From: Thiotrichaceae bacterium UBA7357
GTDB lineage: Bacteria; Pseudomonadota; Gammaproteobacteria; Eutrophobiales; Eutrophobiaceae
NCBI GenBank assembly: GCA_002470825.1
Contig: DKOR01000014.1
Location: forward strand, 7,021 to 71,020
Reading direction: 5' to 3'
Length of the DNA: 64,000 bases
Both the position numbers and the translations under genes were made by a program. Positions 61,884 to 64,000 of this stretch are shown one piece after another. Every line of letters begins with the position of its first letter. The first letter of the stretch is position 1. The notes under the pieces are model-generated. The model made no database searches, had not been told where the DNA came from, and saw nothing but the letters and a program-made list of their open reading frames with translations.

Positions 61884-61969
61884 ATTATGTTTATATTAAA
61901 TATATCAGTTTGCATATTAAAAGATCATAATTAAACTAAATCGATAATAATTTTAAAATATATGACTGT

Positions 61970-62233
61970 ATGAAAAGTAAAAAAACTATCGCGCAAGGAC
62001 TCGTCAACCGAGAAAAAAAAGTGAGCCGATACCTGAAACTAAGAAAAAAACTTCGCGTATTATCATTTGAGGAAATCTCCAAACGATTAAAATTAATAGA
62101 CATTATTCAAAGCCGAGAGAACCTAAGTAATAAGTTCCAGACGGGCAGAATAAGCGCCTCATTGTTCTTTTCTATCCTTGAGGTCATGAATGAAGAATCC
62201 GTTGACCTAAATGATTTAAATAAATCAATATAG
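61970..62233 (+). CDS. Small HTH-like protein resembling DUF6471
   Basis: LSFEEISKRL..SRENLSNKFQTGRISASLFFSIL pattern; divergent from speD. Confidence 0.55.
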   Translation: MKSKKTIAQGLVNREKKVSRYLKLRKKLRVLSFEEISKRLKLIDIIQSRENLSNKFQTGRISASLFFSILEVMNEESVDLNDLNKSI

Positions 62234-62409
62234 TCGCTTTTTTTCGGTAATCAAGCGCTTTCATCATAACATTATTCCCGTTATAAGTTTTGAAACCTTT
62301 GATAAATCTCATTACCAAAAGAAGTACGCAGATGACGCTCTTTTCGCACCTTATAAATGACAATCTATAGTTCAATATTGCTAGTATTTATCGTTAAAAT
62401 CCACACAAG

Positions 62410-62485
62410 TGGTGCCGGAAAGAGGATTCGAACCTCCGACCTACTATTTACGAAACAGTTGCTCTACCAACTGAGCTATTCCGGC
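62410..62485 (-). tRNA. tRNA-Thr(CGT)
   Basis: GCCGGAATAGCTCAGTTGGTAGAGCAACTGTTTCGTAAATAGTAGGTCGGAGGTTCGAATCCTCTTTCCGGCACCA: 76 nt, cloverleaf, anticodon CGT, encoded CCA. Confidence 0.97.
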
Positions 62486-62508
62486 ATTTTGTAAAAATAT
62501 GAGAAAAA

Positions 62509-62949
62509 TTACATCGAATTTTTTACTCGAACAACCACATCAATACCCGATTGCACTGTGTTTTCAGGTAATGATGATTTTGGGTTTAAGCTCATTTCGT
62601 CAATTTCAAAATCAGATAGTTCACCCGTATCTTCATTGTAAAAATGGTGATGATGCGAGGTATTAGAATCATAAAAAATCTTTGTTGGATCAATACTAAC
62701 TTCTCGAATCAATCCTTTCTCAACAAAAAGATTCAATGTGTTATAAACAGTTGCCTTTGAGACATGCACACCACTTTCATTAACAAATGCGAGGACTTTG
62801 TCTGCTGACAAATGTTGAGGTTTATTCAACATTACTTTAGCAATCTCATTTCTCTGAAACGTAGGATTGATATCGCATTTGAGTAATTTCACCTTTATGT
62901 GATTTTCGCTGTCCTTCATAAAATCCTGTTTGTTGATCTTTTCACTCAT
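62509..62949 (-). CDS. Fur-family regulator, Irr-like
   Basis: PTFQR, HLSAD, SKATVYNTLNLF, FYDSNTSHHHHFYNEDTGEL; lacks the C-terminal CxxC motifs. Confidence 0.85.
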   Translation of the reverse strand: MSEKINKQDFMKDSENHIKVKLLKCDINPTFQRNEIAKVMLNKPQHLSADKVLAFVNESGVHVSKATVYNTLNLFVEKGLIREVSIDPTKIFYDSNTSHHHHFYNEDTGELSDFEIDEMSLNPKSSLPENTVQSGIDVVVRVKNSM

Positions 62950-63010
62950 AAGAAAATTATAATAGAGGCTAATAGCAAAGTGGAAATGATACAACTCAGA
63001 TTATCATTTA

Positions 63011-64000
63011 TCACGCTATTTCAGCTGAATTTGTCTGCCTATTAAGAGAAAACTCATCGATCTCCATAAACGAAGAATCGCCAGCAAACATATCCGCTAG
63101 TAATAATGCCGATGAAGGTCCCTGAAGTATTCCCTTCCGAAAATGTCCTGTATTGAAATAGAGATTTTTAAAATTTGGGACCGAACCGATAAATGGTTTT
63201 TCAGTATCTGTCGAAGGACGTAAACCAGACCAATGCTTTACTAGCGTTGCATTTTTGAGCGTAGGCCAAACAGTAACAGCCCAGCTTTGAAGCTCTTGCT
63301 GCGCAGTCATTGTCGTTTCTTTATTAAAACCAATGTCTTCCATGGTGCTGCCAATCAACACATGTCCATCTTGCCTCGGAATCAAGTAATGGCCACCATC
63401 CAATATTATTGTCTGTAATACCGATTCAATAGGTTTAACACAGATCATCTGCCCATGGATGGGTTTAATATTCATATCAATACACTTGTCTCCTAGTACG
63501 CATTTACTCCAGGCACCAGCAGTAATAATCACTGATTCAGCAGATAGCTCACCACCTTTATATTCTACTTTTTCACACCGACCAGCAGATATGACAAACT
63601 TATTAATAGTTGTATTTTCATAAAGTGAAACCGATAATTTTTTTAAGCTTTCACGCAGTGCCGTTAATAATCTGGGTGGTCTAATTTGTGCAATTTCGGG
63701 GAGTAAAATAACCTGATCAGGAAGGGTTATATTAGCATGCAGATTTTCCATTTTTTCTATTACTTTTATACACTTACTGCGTGCCCAATGATTTATGTCG
63801 TTAACATGCTCCGCTTCTATGATAACAAGTCCTGATTTTACGTATTCAGGGTCAATACCTGCCTCGTTAATTAATGCTTCTATAAAGCTTGGATAATGTA
63901 ATTTGCCATGCTCAGACAACTCAGCAGACGACGAGTTTTCTGTCCATGGGCGCATTGAAGATAGTATCCCGCCTGCCGCCCAACTTGCTTCTTTGCCCAA
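63011..64000 (-). CDS. thiO: Glycine oxidase ThiO / D-amino acid oxidase family, N-terminus outside the window
   Basis: EASWAAGGIL, AGAWS, PIHGQM, YLIPRQDG, GSTME, WSGLRP, TGHFRKG. Confidence 0.75.
   Translation of the reverse strand: MGKEASWAAGGILSSMRPWTENSSSAELSEHGKLHYPSFIEALINEAGIDPEYVKSGLVIIEAEHVNDINHWARSKCIKVIEKMENLHANITLPDQVILLPEIAQIRPPRLLTALRESLKKLSVSLYENTTINKFVISAGRCEKVEYKGGELSAESVIITAGAWSKCVLGDKCIDMNIKPIHGQMICVKPIESVLQTIILDGGHYLIPRQDGHVLIGSTMEDIGFNKETTMTAQQELQSWAVTVWPTLKNATLVKHWSGLRPSTDTEKPFIGSVPNFKNLYFNTGHFRKGILQGPSSALLLADMFAGDSSFMEIDEFSLNRQTNSAEIA

Noticed and set aside
53934-62329. AGAAGTACGC direct repeat (53934-53943 and 62320-62329) flanking the Psp locus as att sites
   Set aside because: Only 10 bp, not part of the tRNA, no integrase; a chance match between two intergenic regions is plausible
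62184-62375. 63-aa ORF beside the tRNA as an integrase remnant
   Set aside because: No recognisable recombinase motif in the frames read
1-64000. CRISPR arrays, IS elements, prophage genes, rRNA
   Set aside because: No regularly spaced repeats, transposase, integrase, phage or rRNA signatures seen by eye; short or degenerate elements could have been missed

Overview
AT-rich bacterial DNA, most likely a Gammaproteobacterium (inferred from ampD/ampE-nadC, prpBC, folXEM, yjf-like genes and tRNA-Thr). About 55 genes, one tRNA, two pseudogenes; no CRISPR, IS or integrase seen. In order: frameshifted ampE, ampD, egtC/egtB-like pair, alanine/glycine symporter, nadC; a TonB-dependent receptor resembling lanthanide-uptake receptors; short-chain acyl-CoA genes (matB, prpE, ppsA/ppsR, prpC/prpB/GntR, atoE, scoAB); a DUF1302-DUF1329-YCF48-RND envelope module; a GAF/sigma54 activator; a five-subunit acetophenone-carboxylase-like (Apc-like) operon with CoA ligase, thiolase and reductase; monomeric icd; folX-folE-folM; a PspA/ESCRT-III locus coupled to polyamine enzymes (SpeD, membrane SpeE, DUF350, lipoprotein, K+ channel, rhomboid); tRNA-Thr(CGT), an Irr-like Fur and partial thiO. 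Best candidate for an undescribed system: a sigma54 regulon for uptake and ATP-dependent carboxylation of an unknown ketone. Three promoters (envelope module, Apc-like operon, icd) share a -24/-12 element with a related 15-bp site exactly 89 nt upstream, and icd appears to start at ATT. Second candidate: the PspA-polyamine locus, which has its own perfect palindrome. All family assignments come from motif recognition by eye; no database search was run.
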